In this document: piece after piece, positions 25,601 through 38,078 of the stretch
Layout: each line of letters begins with the position of its first letter
How positions within the stretch are numbered: position 1 is the first letter of the stretch
Source: Macrostomum lignano
Lineage: Eukaryota
Direction: 5' to 3'
DNA length: 64,000 nucleotides
Assembly (NCBI GenBank): GCA_002269645.1
Contig: NIVC01001886.1
Coordinates: 1 to 64,000, forward strand
Made by a program: the position numbers and the translations under genes
The notes under the pieces: model-generated
Seen by the model: the letters and a program-made list of their open reading frames with translations, nothing else
Database searches by the model: none
Told to the model about the DNA's origin: nothing

Positions 25601-28600
25601 CTTCAATTAGCCGACTCGCCACTGCAAGCCAATATTCACATCACTTACATAGCAATTCTTCCCGCGCAATCCCCAGAACTTCGAGGCCTGCAACATCTGC
25701 GTGTGCCACGGCGACCTGACAGGCTCCGAGGCGGGCCTTTACATGCCCGGCCTGTTGGACCGGCGGCCTTCGCCTTGCCAGTGCGGCTTCTCAGCCAGCG
25801 CCAACCGGGCCCTTGGCCTCGGCTCCAACATCTTCTATGAGGATCTGTGCGACCTACTGGGCGATAGACGACGCCTGGATTATCGGCCCTGGCCGTCAAC
25901 TTATTCGCCGGCTGTGATTGACAGTCTGCTGAACTTTGTCTCTCTCACCATTCCGCTCAGGCAGTTCCGATCTCCTCCAGCTCAGCAGCAACAATCGCAG
26001 TCAGACGCAACCAACTCCGCCGTTGCAGTTGTCGCTGGCGCCGCTGCAGCCGCGGGCGCCGCAACTGCTGATCCCGCTGCTAGCAGCAGCCTGCATCCCG
26101 GTCATCTCGCTCAGTTTGAAGATTGCAACGAAGCGGCTAAATTAGTGCTACAGGTAGCCAGCTTGATCCTGATAGCCAGAATCACACTATGTGTACAGTG
26201 AGGGGGGGGTAATTTTCTCATCATCAGGAAACATTCAGCGCCTGTCCTGGGGGGGGGTTGTGGGATTCGCAACTTCAAGGTCAGGGGTTCGATTCTCGAC
26301 CCACTGGGAACAATTTGTGTCCTTGAGCAAGACAGCTGCAAAATGGGTGCCAGCATTAGCTGGGGTAATTGAGGGTGTACATGGCGACCCCCCAGTCCTT
26401 GGACTGAACAGCCGTACGCAGCCTTCAGATGCGCCGCGCAATAGCTGCGGCTGAGCTGTCGGTTGCACACCTGCCCATTAGGGCAAGTGTAATCAATTAT
26501 TATTATTATAAGCTATATAATAGATTGCCTACTGACAAGTAGCAAATAAAGATTGTGAAGTGAATTTCTTATAGTGTGTGCAAAAAGACTTCAACCATGT
26601 CTACATTTGGGGTGCTAGCTCAGCGTTTAATAACCAGCTGGTCTCATCGTGGGATTACAAGCTCACAGGGTTGCCTCTCATGAGTACTACAATGAATCGA
26701 GCATTCATCTTGAGTACTTAACCTGTATTAAGAGTACCTTGTTCAGGCCCATCGCGGAACAATTTTGTTGCTAGGCCGACTGGAGGGGAAGGATGGGAAA
26801 GAGTCCCAGATCCATCAGTCCTCCCTTCGAATTTCAGTTAAACAAGCATAAACGAGACAATCTAATAAGCCAGGGAATCTTTAATAACCCACCTTTAAAC
26901 AATCTAATCCGCAGGCGTGTACGCAGGGACTGCATCAGCCGCAGCAGCAGCAGCAGCCATTTTCACTGGCTGAACAGCCAACCCTGCTGCACCGATGGAG
27001 CTTAACTGGCCAGCTGCCCACGGCTGGCTCGGATTTGGTCCGATTATTAAAAAGCCTCAGACCCTGGTTCCAAGACTCGCTATGGGGCAAAGCGTTGCAA
27101 GGCAATTATTGGGTAACTGGCCCAATGACCTGGCAAGAGTTTCATCAGTTTGCTAGGCGAGGCTCCGAGGAGAGCTGCGAGCCGCAGCCTTTGCCATTAA
27201 TATCTGTCTATACTGACCGAGACGAGGGCATGCTGATTGCGCCGACCGCTGTGCGCGACTGGGAGCGTCTCGGCTTGGAGCCCTATAGCCGGCCAAAGAA
27301 ACTGCAGTTTGTAGTGCTGGCGCCAGTCCAGGCTAGCCGGGTATTGAAGAAAGCGGTCCGGCGTACAATGAGCGAACTGACTGTAGCATTCGCCGATTGC
27401 AAACTAGGCGAGCACAGTCCCGTTGCTTTATCGACTGATGGCGATTTCTTTTTAGATACCGGCCGATTAGAGTCCACAGAATTGCCGCCTAATTGCGTGG
27501 TTTATATGCTGGTTCGTGGCCAAACTGAGGCTTGCCAACTGCGCGACACAGTGGCCAAACTGACTGGCGGAGCTGTCCCCGTGCCGCTGTCCACGAGACT
27601 GTTGCTGGCTCCGGCCAAGGGCGATTTGCGTGCTCTGGCTCTGCGTGTTTACACTCAAGTGAGCCTGCTAGGTCATCTAGCATCTGTTGGCATTATCTAG
27701 CCTCCACGGAGATTATCTGATCTCTACTGACATGATCTAGTCTCTATTGGCATGATCTAGTCCCTACTGACATGATCTAAGCCTTACTGTCATGATCTAG
27801 TCCCTACTGTCGTGATCTAGTCTCTAATGGCATGATCTAGTCCCTACTGTCATGATCTAGTCCCTACTGTCATGATCTAGTCTCTAATGGCATGATCTAG
27901 TCCCTACTGTCATGATCTAGTCCCTACTGTCATGATCTACATGTAGTCTCTAATGGCATGATCTAGTCTCTAATGGCATGATCTAGTCCCTACTGACATG
28001 ATCTAGTCTTTACTGACATGATCTAGTCCCTACTGGCATGATCTAGTCTCTACTGACATGATCTAGTCCCTACTGTCATGATCTAGTCCCTACTGTCATG
28101 ATCTAGTCTCTACTGACATGATCTAGTCCCTACTGGCATGATCTAGTCCCTACTGACATGATCTAGTCCCTACTGTCATGATCTAGTCCCTACTGTCATG
28201 ATCTAGTCTCTAATGGCATGATCTAGTCCCTACTGATACTGACATGATCTAGTATCTAATGGCATGTTCTAGTCTCTATTGACATGATCTAGTCCCTACT
28301 GTCATGATCTAGTCCCTACTGACATGATCTAGTCTCTAATGGCATGATCTAGTCCCTACTGGCATGATCTAGTCCCTACTGACATGATCTAGTCCCTACT
28401 GTCATGATCTAGTCCCTACTGACATGATCTAGTATCTAATGGCATGATCTAGTCTCTATTGACATGATATAGTCCCTACTGTCATGATCTAGTCCCTACT
28501 GACATGATCTAGTCTCTAATGGCATGATCTAGTCCCTACTGACATGATCTAAGCTTTAATGTCATGATCTAGTCTCTAATGACATGATCTACTTCCTACA

Positions 28601-30239
28601 GATACTGACATGATCTAGTCTCTAATGGCATGATCTAGTCCCTACTGATACTGACATGATCTAGTATCTAATGGCATGATCTAGTCTCTATTGACATGAT
28701 TTAGTCTCTATTGACATGATCTAGTCCCTACTGTCATGATCTAGTCCCTACTGACACTGACATGATCTAGTATCTAATGTCATGATCTAGTCTCTAATGG
28801 CATGATCTACTTCCTACTGATACTGACATGATCTTGTATCTAATGACATGATCTAGTCTATATTGATATGATCTAGTCCCTACTGTCATGATCTATTCTC
28901 TATTGGTATGATCTAGTCCCTACTGACATGATATATTCTCTATTGGCATGATCTAGTCCCTACTGACATCATCTAGTCCCAGTCCCTACTGAGATACGCT
29001 ATTTAATCCTATCCCAACAAAACTACCCCTCCCCAGGTGCCGAAGCGAGTGCCTTATCCCACGGACGGTCGCTCGCTGTGCGGCTTCGGGCCGCTGAAAG
29101 ATCGCGAGAGCTGCCAGCGCGAGCTGGGCATGACCGGCCCCGTGTCTCTGTTCGCTCCGCCCTACGTGCTGCATGCAAGCTCCGATGAACCGGTGCTATT
29201 GTGCGCCTACTGCCTATCTGAGGACAGGCGCTGGCTACTTGCCACCCTAACAGACGAGCGGGGCGAATTAAATTATCGCCGATTAATTAATCTACGCGTG
29301 CCCGACTGTCATCGGCGTAGGAAAGCATCAACTAGACAGCTGGGACCCGAACGCCTGCTAGAGTGGATCTGCGACCTGCCAGAGACCAGAGCTCAACGCT
29401 GGCGGCTTGTGCTCAGCCGGCTGGGCCGTCTAGGCCACGGCGAACTGCTAGTGTGGGCCGACCTGCTCAAACGGGCCAGCCTGCAGCAGCGCGGCGCCCG
29501 CTCGGCCGCTCTGTGCGCAGTCGACGCCGATCCCCATCTGCGCGTCCTGCCCGACCAGCTCAGCCGGGAAGGTCCGCAACGCGGTCCGCCCAGCGTCGGC
29601 GCCGACCGGCGTGTCAGCAGCGCAATCACGCACATCCTTGTGCTGCCAACTTCGGCCAGTTTTAGTCAGGCTAATCCGGCCGACTTTCTGGGCGGCAGTC
29701 TGGGCGAGCCGGACCTCATGAACGAATTATTAGGCGATCCCGGCGTTCTAGGCGGCGATACTGGCAACGATTTGTTCAACGATTTGGATTTGAATTTCGA
29801 TATCCAACTGCCAGATATTGAGGAGCCGGTTGTTGGGCCGCAGGGCGGCGACGGGTCCGGCCAGTTGATGCAGCAGCCGCTGGCTCTTGGCTACTACCTG
29901 TCCAGCGCTCCGCCTGGCCCTGTGCCAGCCTGGTTCCGGGTGGCTCCACCTGAGCAGGCCGCAGTCTGCCTGCGCGCCAGCCTGCACCTCAACCAGCTGG
30001 CTTCTTGCGATCGAGCGCCGCTGTCGGCCGCTTGCGATCGCTCGCCAACGCATCCGTTGAACACCTACAAGACTACTGAGGTGCTGCGCTACGTGCTGGA
30101 GACCTGCCACAGTCTCAGCTGGCTTAGCGTTGATCCGGCCACTGGCGATCGGGTCTCCTGTCTGCCTAGGCACATCAACCAGCTATTCCTGCTGTACCAT
30201 TCTGTGCACGCCGTTAGCGCTAGCTGCCAGACGTCCTGA
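16614..30239 (+). CDS. MED13: Mediator subunit 13, 8 exons: 16614-16661, 21050-21568, 22116-23454, 23577-23662, 24310-25086, 25677-26153, 26915-27658, 29037-30239 (about 1730 aa)
   Basis: All introns are GT-AG and phase-compatible (5193 nt total). Motifs: LEYCYTNIFAI, SSFAKC..ELWVFW, VILSPHGIAGELTG, YPTPPSLE, NFEACNICVC..CQCGFSA, GPMTWQEFH, GLEPYSRPK, LCGFGP, WLLATLTDERGE, QQPLALGYYLS, LRYVLETCHSLSWLSVDPATGDRVSCLP. Confidence 0.95.
18222..18377. repeat. About 156-bp near-perfect palindrome (MITE-like hairpin) in MED13 intron 1
   Basis: Arms gcgcaaccttgggattcactcggccatttctattggcaac... and ...gttgccaatagaaatggccgggtgattcccaaagttgcgc, centred on gtcac|gtgac at 18300/18301. Confidence 0.85.
21770..22040. 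repeat. 35-bp minisatellite in MED13 intron 2
   Basis: cacaatatccccttgtgagatttgttagctctgat, about 8 units. Confidence 0.92.
23762..24290. repeat. 31-bp minisatellite in MED13 intron 4
   Basis: ccaatggaaaatcgcctccacaccactacac, about 17 units, ending about 20 nt before the acceptor at 24309. Confidence 0.93.
25195..25540. repeat. 28-bp minisatellite in MED13 intron 5
   Basis: cctcccagatcctcagttgctgggccag, about 12 units. Confidence 0.9.
26249..26510 (+). mobile_element. tRNA-derived SINE, copy B (MED13 intron 6)
   Basis: B box ggttcgattc; shares ctgcaaaatgggtgccagcattagctggggtaattg and aacagccgtacgcagccttcagatgcgccgcgcaatagc with copy A; tail gtgtaatcaattattattatt. Confidence 0.85.
27715..28990. 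repeat. 20-bp minisatellite in MED13 intron 7
   Basis: tactgacatgatctagtccc and variants, about 60 units. Confidence 0.95.
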
Positions 30240-30524
30240 TCGCCCAAGCCAGTAGTAATAGCCATGCGGAAGTGTATTTATTTGAAAAAAATTAACCTGT
30301 CCCTCTGTTTGCTCGTTTGTTTGTTTGTACTTCTAGTAAGCGCGGTTTTTTAAAAAGCACAAAGATTAACTGAAATTTACCGGTATTATCAAAAAGCTCT
30401 GCTGTTTGTACATGTAATTATTGTTGCCAGCTATTATCTTTTTTGTGTACATTTTATTGCATGTAGTTATTGTCTTTTGTCTGAGTGCTAATGACATCTG
30501 ATGGCTTTGGAATGCTGATTTGCA

Positions 30525-30980
30525 CTGATCAGGTGAGAATGGAGAATCGCTAATCCCATCAGGTGCGATTTGAGAATCGCTAATCCCATCAGGTGAGATT
30601 GGAGAATTTCTATCCCATCAGGTGAGATTGGAGAATCGCTAATCCCATCAGGTGAGATTGGAGAATTTCTATCCCATCAGGTGAGATTGGAGAATCGCTA
30701 ATCCCATCAGGTGAGATTGGAGAATCGCTAATCCCATCAGGTGAGATTGGAGAATCGCTAATCCCATCAGGTAAGATTGGAGAATCGCTAATCCCATCAG
30801 GTGAGATCGGAGAATTTCTAATCCCATCAGGTGAGATCGGAGAATCGCTAATCCCATCAGGTGAGATTGGAGAATTGCTAATCCCATCAGGTGAGATTGG
30901 AGAATCGCTAATCCCATCAGGTAAGATTGGAGAATCGCCAATCCCATCAGGTGAGAGTTAAGAGTCACTAATCCCGTCAG
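30525..30980. repeat. 30-bp minisatellite downstream of MED13
   Basis: aatcccatcaggtgagattggagaatcgct, about 15 units, no spacers. Confidence 0.92.
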
Positions 30981-32024
30981 CATGTGCAACTATGCCTGAG
31001 TAAAATGTTGTGATTGCTGTATTATAAAAGTTGTAAACTAATTGTAGATGTGTAATAAAATCAATTAATGCACTTTATATCAAGTAATATTTAAGCGTCC
31101 AAGTTAATTTGAGCCGTTCTATTGTACCGTAAATATTATATTGCTAATTTCTACTCTTGTTATAATTATTAGTTTTTATTCCATTGGAAGTGTTTTTGCA
31201 ACTCCAAATGCCGAAAATTTGCCTGTCTGAAGTTTCTAACATATTGCAATTACTAAGTACATCAATCGATTTGACAAATATGTACTTTAGCTGTAATTTG
31301 CACACATTCGATCGATCCGGCGTGCCCCTCCCTTCCCCGTGTATTGTAAGCTAGGCTAAGCTCTGTTTTAATGATTGAACTGAATTTTTTACTTTATAAA
31401 GTATTTGTCATAGATATTACTATTAAGTAGTTGAATCCGACCGTTTCTCATTCATAAAATCGTTCTGCTGCAGCTTATCTGTCGGCCACTCATCGATCTG
31501 TACAACGCGTTGCTGTATTAATTAATCTATCTGAAAATGCCAGCCTACTAACTAACGGTATTGTGTTTAAGTGTCTGTTTCAATTAATTTTATATTATAT
31601 TGATTGGTATGAATGGCGTTTCTTTATTAGTCAACGCATTGTGAAATTCATATTTTCGTATCAGGTCTCCGCACCTTTCACTTGTGTAACTCCTCTACCA
31701 TCGGTGGCAGCTCGTCCAGTGCGTTTTAAAGTTTAGCACGTATGTGTCCTATTCATTATATCCTAACGATCCACAACTGACTGAGATCTCACATTGTGTT
31801 CGCGATGTGTCCCCTTCTTCCCTGTTCTCCCCGTTCGTTAATTCTCTATTTGTCAATAAAGAACACCCTGTCTTACTGAGGAATAAAGATTTTCAAAAAA
31901 ATTATGCAATCCTCGCTTTCCCTGTCACACATGGAAAAGCATAAAAAAAAAACTGAAAATTGTTGCGCTTGCGTGCGTTTTAGTTATTTTAATTTGACAG
32001 TACGGCACGGGCTGGTCTGCCGAA

Positions 32025-33110
32025 ATTCCTACTGGTATAATTAGTCTATGGTTATTGCTACTGGTTTAATTAGTCTATGGTTATTGCTACTGGTATAATT
32101 AGTCTAAGATTATTCCTACTGGTTTAATTAGTCTATGGTTATTGCTACTGGTATAATTAGTCTAAGATTATTCCTACTGGTTTAATTAGTCTATGGTTAT
32201 TGCTACTGGTATAATTAGTCTAAGATTATTCCTACTGGTTTAATTAGTCTATGGTAATTCCTACTGGTATAATTAGTCTAAGATTATTCCTAATGGTTTA
32301 ATTAGTCTATGGTTATTCCTACTGGTTTAAATAGTCTATGGTTATTGCTACTGGTATAATTAGTCTAAGATTATTCCTACTGGTTTAATTAGTCTATGGT
32401 TATTGCTACTGGTATAATTAGTCTAAGATTATTCCTACTGGTTTAATTAGTCTATGGTTATTCCTACTGGTTTAATTAGTCTATGGTAATTCCTACTGGT
32501 ATAATTAGTCTAAGATTATTCCTAATGGTTTAATTAGTCTATGGTTATTCCTACTGGTATAATTAGTCTATGGTTATTCCTACTGTTTTAATTAGTCTAA
32601 GATTATTCCTAATGGTTTAATTAGTCTATGGTTATTCCTAATGGTTTAATTAGTCTAAGGTTATTCCTACTGGTATAATTAGTCTAAGGTTATTCCTACT
32701 GGTTTAATTAGTCTATGTTATTCCTACTGGTTTAATTAGTCTATGGTTATTCCTACTGGTTTAATTAGTCTATGGTTATTCCTACTGGTTTAATTAGTCT
32801 AAGATTATTCCTACTGGTTTAATTAGTCTATGGTTATTCCTACTGGTTTAATTAGTCTAAGATTATTCCTACTGGTTTAATTAGTCTAAGGTTATTCCTA
32901 CTGGTTTAATTAGTCTATGGTTATTCCTAATGATTTAATTAGTCTATGGTTATTCCTAATGGTTTAATTAGTCTATGGTTATTCCTAATGGTTTAATTAG
33001 TCTATGGTTATTCCTACTGGTATAATTAGTCTAAGGTTATTCCTACTGGTATAATTAGTCTATGGTTATTCCTACTGGTTTAATTAGTCTATGGTTATTC
33101 CTAATATTTT
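32025..33110. repeat. 29-bp minisatellite
   Basis: tattcctactggtttaattagtctatggt, about 37 units with alternating atgg/aaga variants. Confidence 0.95.
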
Positions 33111-33475
33111 AATTATTCTGTCTTGGGGTATTTCCAGTGGTTTACTTAGTCCGTGGGTATTCCACTGATTACTTAGTTAGTTAGTGATTAATTACTTTGC
33201 AAACCTTTCGTCTTTGTTACATAATGGAAGTAGATAATGTCTAGTTCCGTATGTGGTTTGGAGATTGCCCAGATGCTTCAGGCAAGGTTACTTCCTCATA
33301 TTCAATTCGGAATTATTGACTTTTGTAAATAAAAGTCTATTTAATTGGCTGACGGTCTTAACTGGTAGTTTGCTGTCGAAAACTTTAGCTTCTCTGGCAG
33401 AAAAAACCAGACTTTTACTTATATTTCTACTTAAAGTAGCAAAAATCTAAATCAACCGTTTTACGCGAGTAGGCA

Positions 33476-33570
33476 AGGTCACGTGATAGCTGGGGCCAAT
33501 AGCAGCAAAGTCAAGGCACTGCAGGTCATCGCATGCAGAGGGGTTTTGAATACGGCTATATAAATTGGGT
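33476..33570 (+). promoter_or_regulatory. Putative promoter of the MARCH-like gene: E-box (GTCACGTGA), CCAAT and TATATAAA
   Basis: ggtcacgtgatagctggggccaatagc at about 33477-33503 and gctatataaat at about 33555-33565, roughly 85 nt before ATG 33647. Confidence 0.4.
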
Positions 33571-33646
33571 TAATGGTGAACTCTTATCTCAGACGTGACT
33601 AAATTGTAATTAAAATTCGCTATCGCTATCCGCCAACACTGATAAT

Positions 33647-36600
33647 ATGGAGGCTGCCAAGACGACATGTCGGATTTGCTTATCCGAGGCATCGAGCATT
33701 GATCTAATATCGCCATGCAGGTGTACTGGAACACAAAAATATGTGCACAATGGGTGCATAATGGTGAGCATTCTATAAGAATTATATAGAATCCAATTTT
33801 TGTAGTCTTACTCTTAGGCTTATTATAGCCACATATGTTAAATAAGTCTCAGCATTCTGTGTCTGCAGAGTACATGTATGTACAATGAGAATAAATTGCT
33901 TTAAACCTATCAGATTCCAGCCAAACTGAATAAATGTTGTAAGCTTCTGTCAGATAACAGTCAAGAGTTACTCTATAGATGTTGTAATATAACAATTACT
34001 ACATAGTCTTAGATCTAACCTTATTTAACTTAAATCAAGTAATGTTTACATCTTGTAAAACACTCTTTAAAATAACCTAATGAAAAAGATATTGTAAATC
34101 TTTATCAGATTATAGTCCACTTGAGTTGATTCTATGAATATTTCAACCAGATTATAGTCGAATTGAGTAGATTCTGTAAATCTCAACCAGGTTACAGTCA
34201 AATTGAGTAGATTCTGTAAATCTCAACCAGGTTACAGTCAAATTGAGTAGATTCTGTAAATCTCAACCAGATTACAGTTAAATTGAGTAGATTCTGTAAA
34301 TCTCAACCAGGTTACAGTCAAATTGAGTAGATTCTGTAAATCTCAACCAGGTTACAGTCAAATTGAGTAGATTCTGTAAATCTCAACCAGGTTACAGTCA
34401 AATTGAGTAGATTCTGTAAATCTCAACCAGGTTACAGTCAAATTGAGTAGATTCTGTAAATCTCAACCAGGTTACAGTCAAATTGAGTAGATTCTGTAAA
34501 TCTCAACCAGGTTACAGTCAAATTGAGTAGATTCTGTAAATCTCAACCAGATTACAGTCAAATTGAGTAGATTCTGTAAATCTCAACCAGGTTACAGTCA
34601 AATTGAGTAGATTCTGTAAATCTCAACCAGGTTACAGTCAAATTGAGTAGATTCTGTAAATCTCAACCAGGTTACAGTCAAATTGAGTAGATTCTGTAAA
34701 TCTCAACCAGGTTACAGTCAAATTGAGTAGATTCTGTAAATCTCAACCAGGTTACAGTCAAATTGAGTAGATTCTGTAAATCTCAACCAGGTTACAGTCA
34801 AATTGAGTAGATTCTGTAAATCTCAACCAGGTTACAGTCAAATTGAGTAGATTCTGTAAATCTCAACCAGGTTACAGTCAAATTGAGTAGATTCTGTAAA
34901 TCTCAACCAGGTTACAGTCAAATTGAGTAGATTCTGTAAATCTCAACCAGGTTACAGTCAAATTGAGTAGATTCTGTAAATCTCAACCAGATTACAGTCA
35001 AATTGAGTAGATTCTGTAAATCTCAACCAGGTTACAGTCAAATTGAGTAGATTCTGTAAATCTCAACCAGGTTACAGTCAAATTGAGTAGATTCTGTAAA
35101 TCTCAACCAGATTACAGTCAAATTGAGTAGATTCTGTAAATCTCTCAACTAAATGACAGTCAAATTGAGTAGATTCTGTAAATCTCTCAACTAAATGACA
35201 GTCAAATTGAGTAGATTCTGTAAATCTCTTAACTAAATAACAGTCAAATTGAGAAAATCTGTAAATCTCTCAACCTGACTACACTCAAATTTAGTAGATT
35301 CTTGCTGTAAAATTTTACCAGCTTATTATCAATAACTTCAGTAAAAATTGCTCAAACAAATGAAAACCCACAGGCCTGGATTCACCTCGAAGGTGAGGTT
35401 GAGCCAAAAAAGCTGGCCTGCGAAATCTGCGGCAGCAAGTACAGGATGAAATCCAGGCGTTTTTTCCGGGTATGGACCGCCTTTGCTTGCTTGTGTCTGG
35501 GGACAGCAGTCATCACCCAGTTCAGTCACACTGCTCAGTCACCAGCCAGTTCAATCACACCCCAGTCACCAGCCAGTTCAGTCACACCCCAGTCACCACC
35601 CAGATCAGTCACTGCCCAGTCACCAGCCAGTTCAGTCACACTGCCCAGTCACCAGCCAGTTCAGTCACACTGCCCAGTCACCAGCCAGTTCAGTCACACT
35701 GCCCAGTCACCAGCCAGTTCAGTCACACTGCCCAGTCACCACCCAGATCAGTCACTGCCCAGTCACCAGCCAGTTCAGTCACACTGCCCAGTCACCAGCC
35801 AGTTCAGTCACTGCCCAGTCACCAGCCAGTTCAGTCACACTGCCCAGTCACCAGCCAGTTCAGTCACACTGCCCAGTCACCAGCCAGTTCAGTCACACTG
35901 CCCAGTCACCAGCCAGTTCAGTCACACTGCCCAGTCACCAGCCAGTTCAGTCACACTACCCAGTCACCACCCAGATCAGTCACTGCCCAGTCACCACCCA
36001 GATCAGTCACTGCCCAGTCACCAGCCAGTTCAGTCACTGCCCAGTCACCAGCCAGTTCAGTCACACTGCCCAGTCACCAGCCAGTTCAGTCACACTGCCC
36101 AGTCACCAGCCAGTTCAGTCACACTACCCAGTCACCACCCAGATCAGTCACTGCCCAGTCACCACCCAGATCAGTCACTGCCCAGTCACCAGCCAGTTCA
36201 GTCACTGCCCAGTCACCAGCCAGTTCAGTCACTACCCAGTCACCACCCAGATCAGTCACTGCCCAGTCACCAGCCAGTTCAGTCACACTGACCAGTCACC
36301 AGCCAGTTCAGTCACACTGCCCAGTCACCAGCCAGTTCAGTCACACTGCCCAGTCACCACCCAGATCAGTCACTGCCCAGTCACCAGCCAGTTCAGTCAC
36401 TGCCCAGTCACCACCCAGATCAGTCACTGCCCAGTCACCAGCCAGTTCAGTCACACTGCCCAGTCACCAGCCAGTTCAGTCACACTGCCCAGTCACCACC
36501 CAGATCAGTCACTGCCCAGTCACCAGCCAGTTCAGTCACTGCCCAGTCACCAGCCAGTTCAGTCACTGCCCAGTCACCAGCCAGTTCAGTCACACTGCCC

Positions 36601-37951
36601 AGTCACCAGCCAGTTCAGTCACACTGCCCAGTCACCACCCAGATCAGTCACTGCCCAGTCACCAGCCAGTTCAGTCACACTGCCCAGTCACCACCCAGAT
36701 CAGTCACTGCCCAGTCACCAGCCAGTTCAGTCACTGCCCAGTCACCAGCCAGTTCAGTCACACTGCCCAGTCACCAGCCAGTTCAGTCACACTGCCCAGT
36801 CACCAGCCAGTTCAGTCACACTGCCCAGTCACCAGCCAGTTCAGTCACACTACCCAGTCACCACCCAGATCAGTCACTGCCCAGTCACCACCCAGATCAG
36901 TCACTGCCCAGTCACCAGCCAGTTCAGTCACTGCCCAGTCACCAGCCAGTTCAGTCACACTGCCCAGTCACCAGCCAGTTCAGTCACACTGCCCAGTCAC
37001 TAGCCAGTTCAGTCACACTGCCCAGTCACCACCCAGATCAGTCACTGCCCAGTCACCAGCCAGTTCAGTCACTGCCCAGTCACCAGCCAGTTCAGTCACA
37101 CTGCCCAGTCACCAGCCAGTTCAGTCACACTGCCCAGTCACCAGCCAGTTCAGTCACACTGCCCAGTCACCAGCCAGTTCAGTCACTGCCCAGTCACCAG
37201 CCAGTTCAGTCACACTGCCCAGTCACCAGCCAGTTCAGTCACTGCCCAGTCACCAGCCAGTTCAGTCACTGCCCAGTCACCAGCCAGTTCAGTCACACTA
37301 CCCAGTCACCAGCCAGTTCAGTCACTGCCCAGTCACCAGCCAGTTCAGTCACTGCCCAGTCACCAGCCAGTTCAGTCACACTGCCCAGTCACCAGCCAGT
37401 TCAGTCACTGCCCAGTCACCACCCAGATCAGTCACTGCCCAGTCACCAGCCAGTTCAGTCACACTGCCCAGTCACCAGCCAGTTCAGTCACACTGCCCAG
37501 TCACCAGCCAGTTCAGTCACACTACCCAGTCACCACCCAGATCAGTCACTGCCCAGTCACCAGCCAGTTCAGTCACACTCTCACTCGCCCCTCAACCCCG
37601 CAGCCCCGCCTCGTGGTGAATCGAAAATCGCCCATCCTGGCTTTGATTTCGATCGCCCTGATCATGTTCGCCTGCGGCGCTGTGGCCTCAATGCTGAAAT
37701 ACTCGCATCTGCTAGACAAAACGCCGATGTCTGAGCTGCACATCTTCAATCCGGGTCTAATACTGAAGCTGCTGGGCCTGCTGCTGCTGTCCGTGTTCTG
37801 CTGCGCAGCCGTGCTGTGCCTGCTGTGCGCGGCTTTCTGCGCCGAGGACTCCCTGCTGAGCTGCGAGCTGACGCGTCGGGAGCTCCGACTAGTTGACCAT
37901 CGGTGTCCTGCCGATCGTAGCGACGACACCGCTGACGTCATGGCCGTATGA
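33647..37951 (+). CDS. Small MARCH-family RING-CH E3 ubiquitin ligase with 2 TM helices; exons 33647-33763, 35374-35469, 37604-37951 (186 aa)
   Basis: Spliced product MEAAKTTCRICLSEASSIDLISPCRCTGTQKYVHNGCIM|AWIHLEGEVEPKKLACEICGSKY gives a complete C4HC3 RING-CH with the conserved W. Both introns are phase 0 GT-AG. Exon 3 has two hydrophobic helices. Exons 1-2 are not called as such in the ORF track. Confidence 0.9.
34110..35300. repeat. 40-bp minisatellite in MARCH-like intron 1
   Basis: ttgagtagattctgtaaatctcaaccaggttacagtcaaa; near-identical core copies with degenerate copies at both edges. Confidence 0.96.
35505..37580. repeat. Composite 27/29-bp satellite filling MARCH-like intron 2
   Basis: Interspersed units cagtcaccagccagttcagtcac(ac)tgcc and cagtcaccacccagatcagtcactgcc. 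Confidence 0.96.
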
Positions 37952-38078
37952 ATACGATTGCTTAGTGTGCTCACAGTGCTCACAGGATCATGCTTTACTA
38001 GGGCCTTGATCAAATTGAGAGATCGTTAATCTCCTTCGGTTTTGTTTCACCCATTTCTGAAGACATTCAATTCTGCAG

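Noticed and set aside
30525-35300. 30-, 29- and 40-bp arrays with internal dyad symmetry as possible CRISPR or iteron arrays
   Set aside because: Head-to-tail units with no spacers; these are ordinary minisatellites
35472-37603. 715-aa mucin-like S/T/P/Q ORF and two overlapping long ORFs
   Set aside because: Mixed 27- and 29-bp units rotate through all frames, the repeat simply lacks stop codons, and it is bounded by the GT-AG of MARCH-like intron 2
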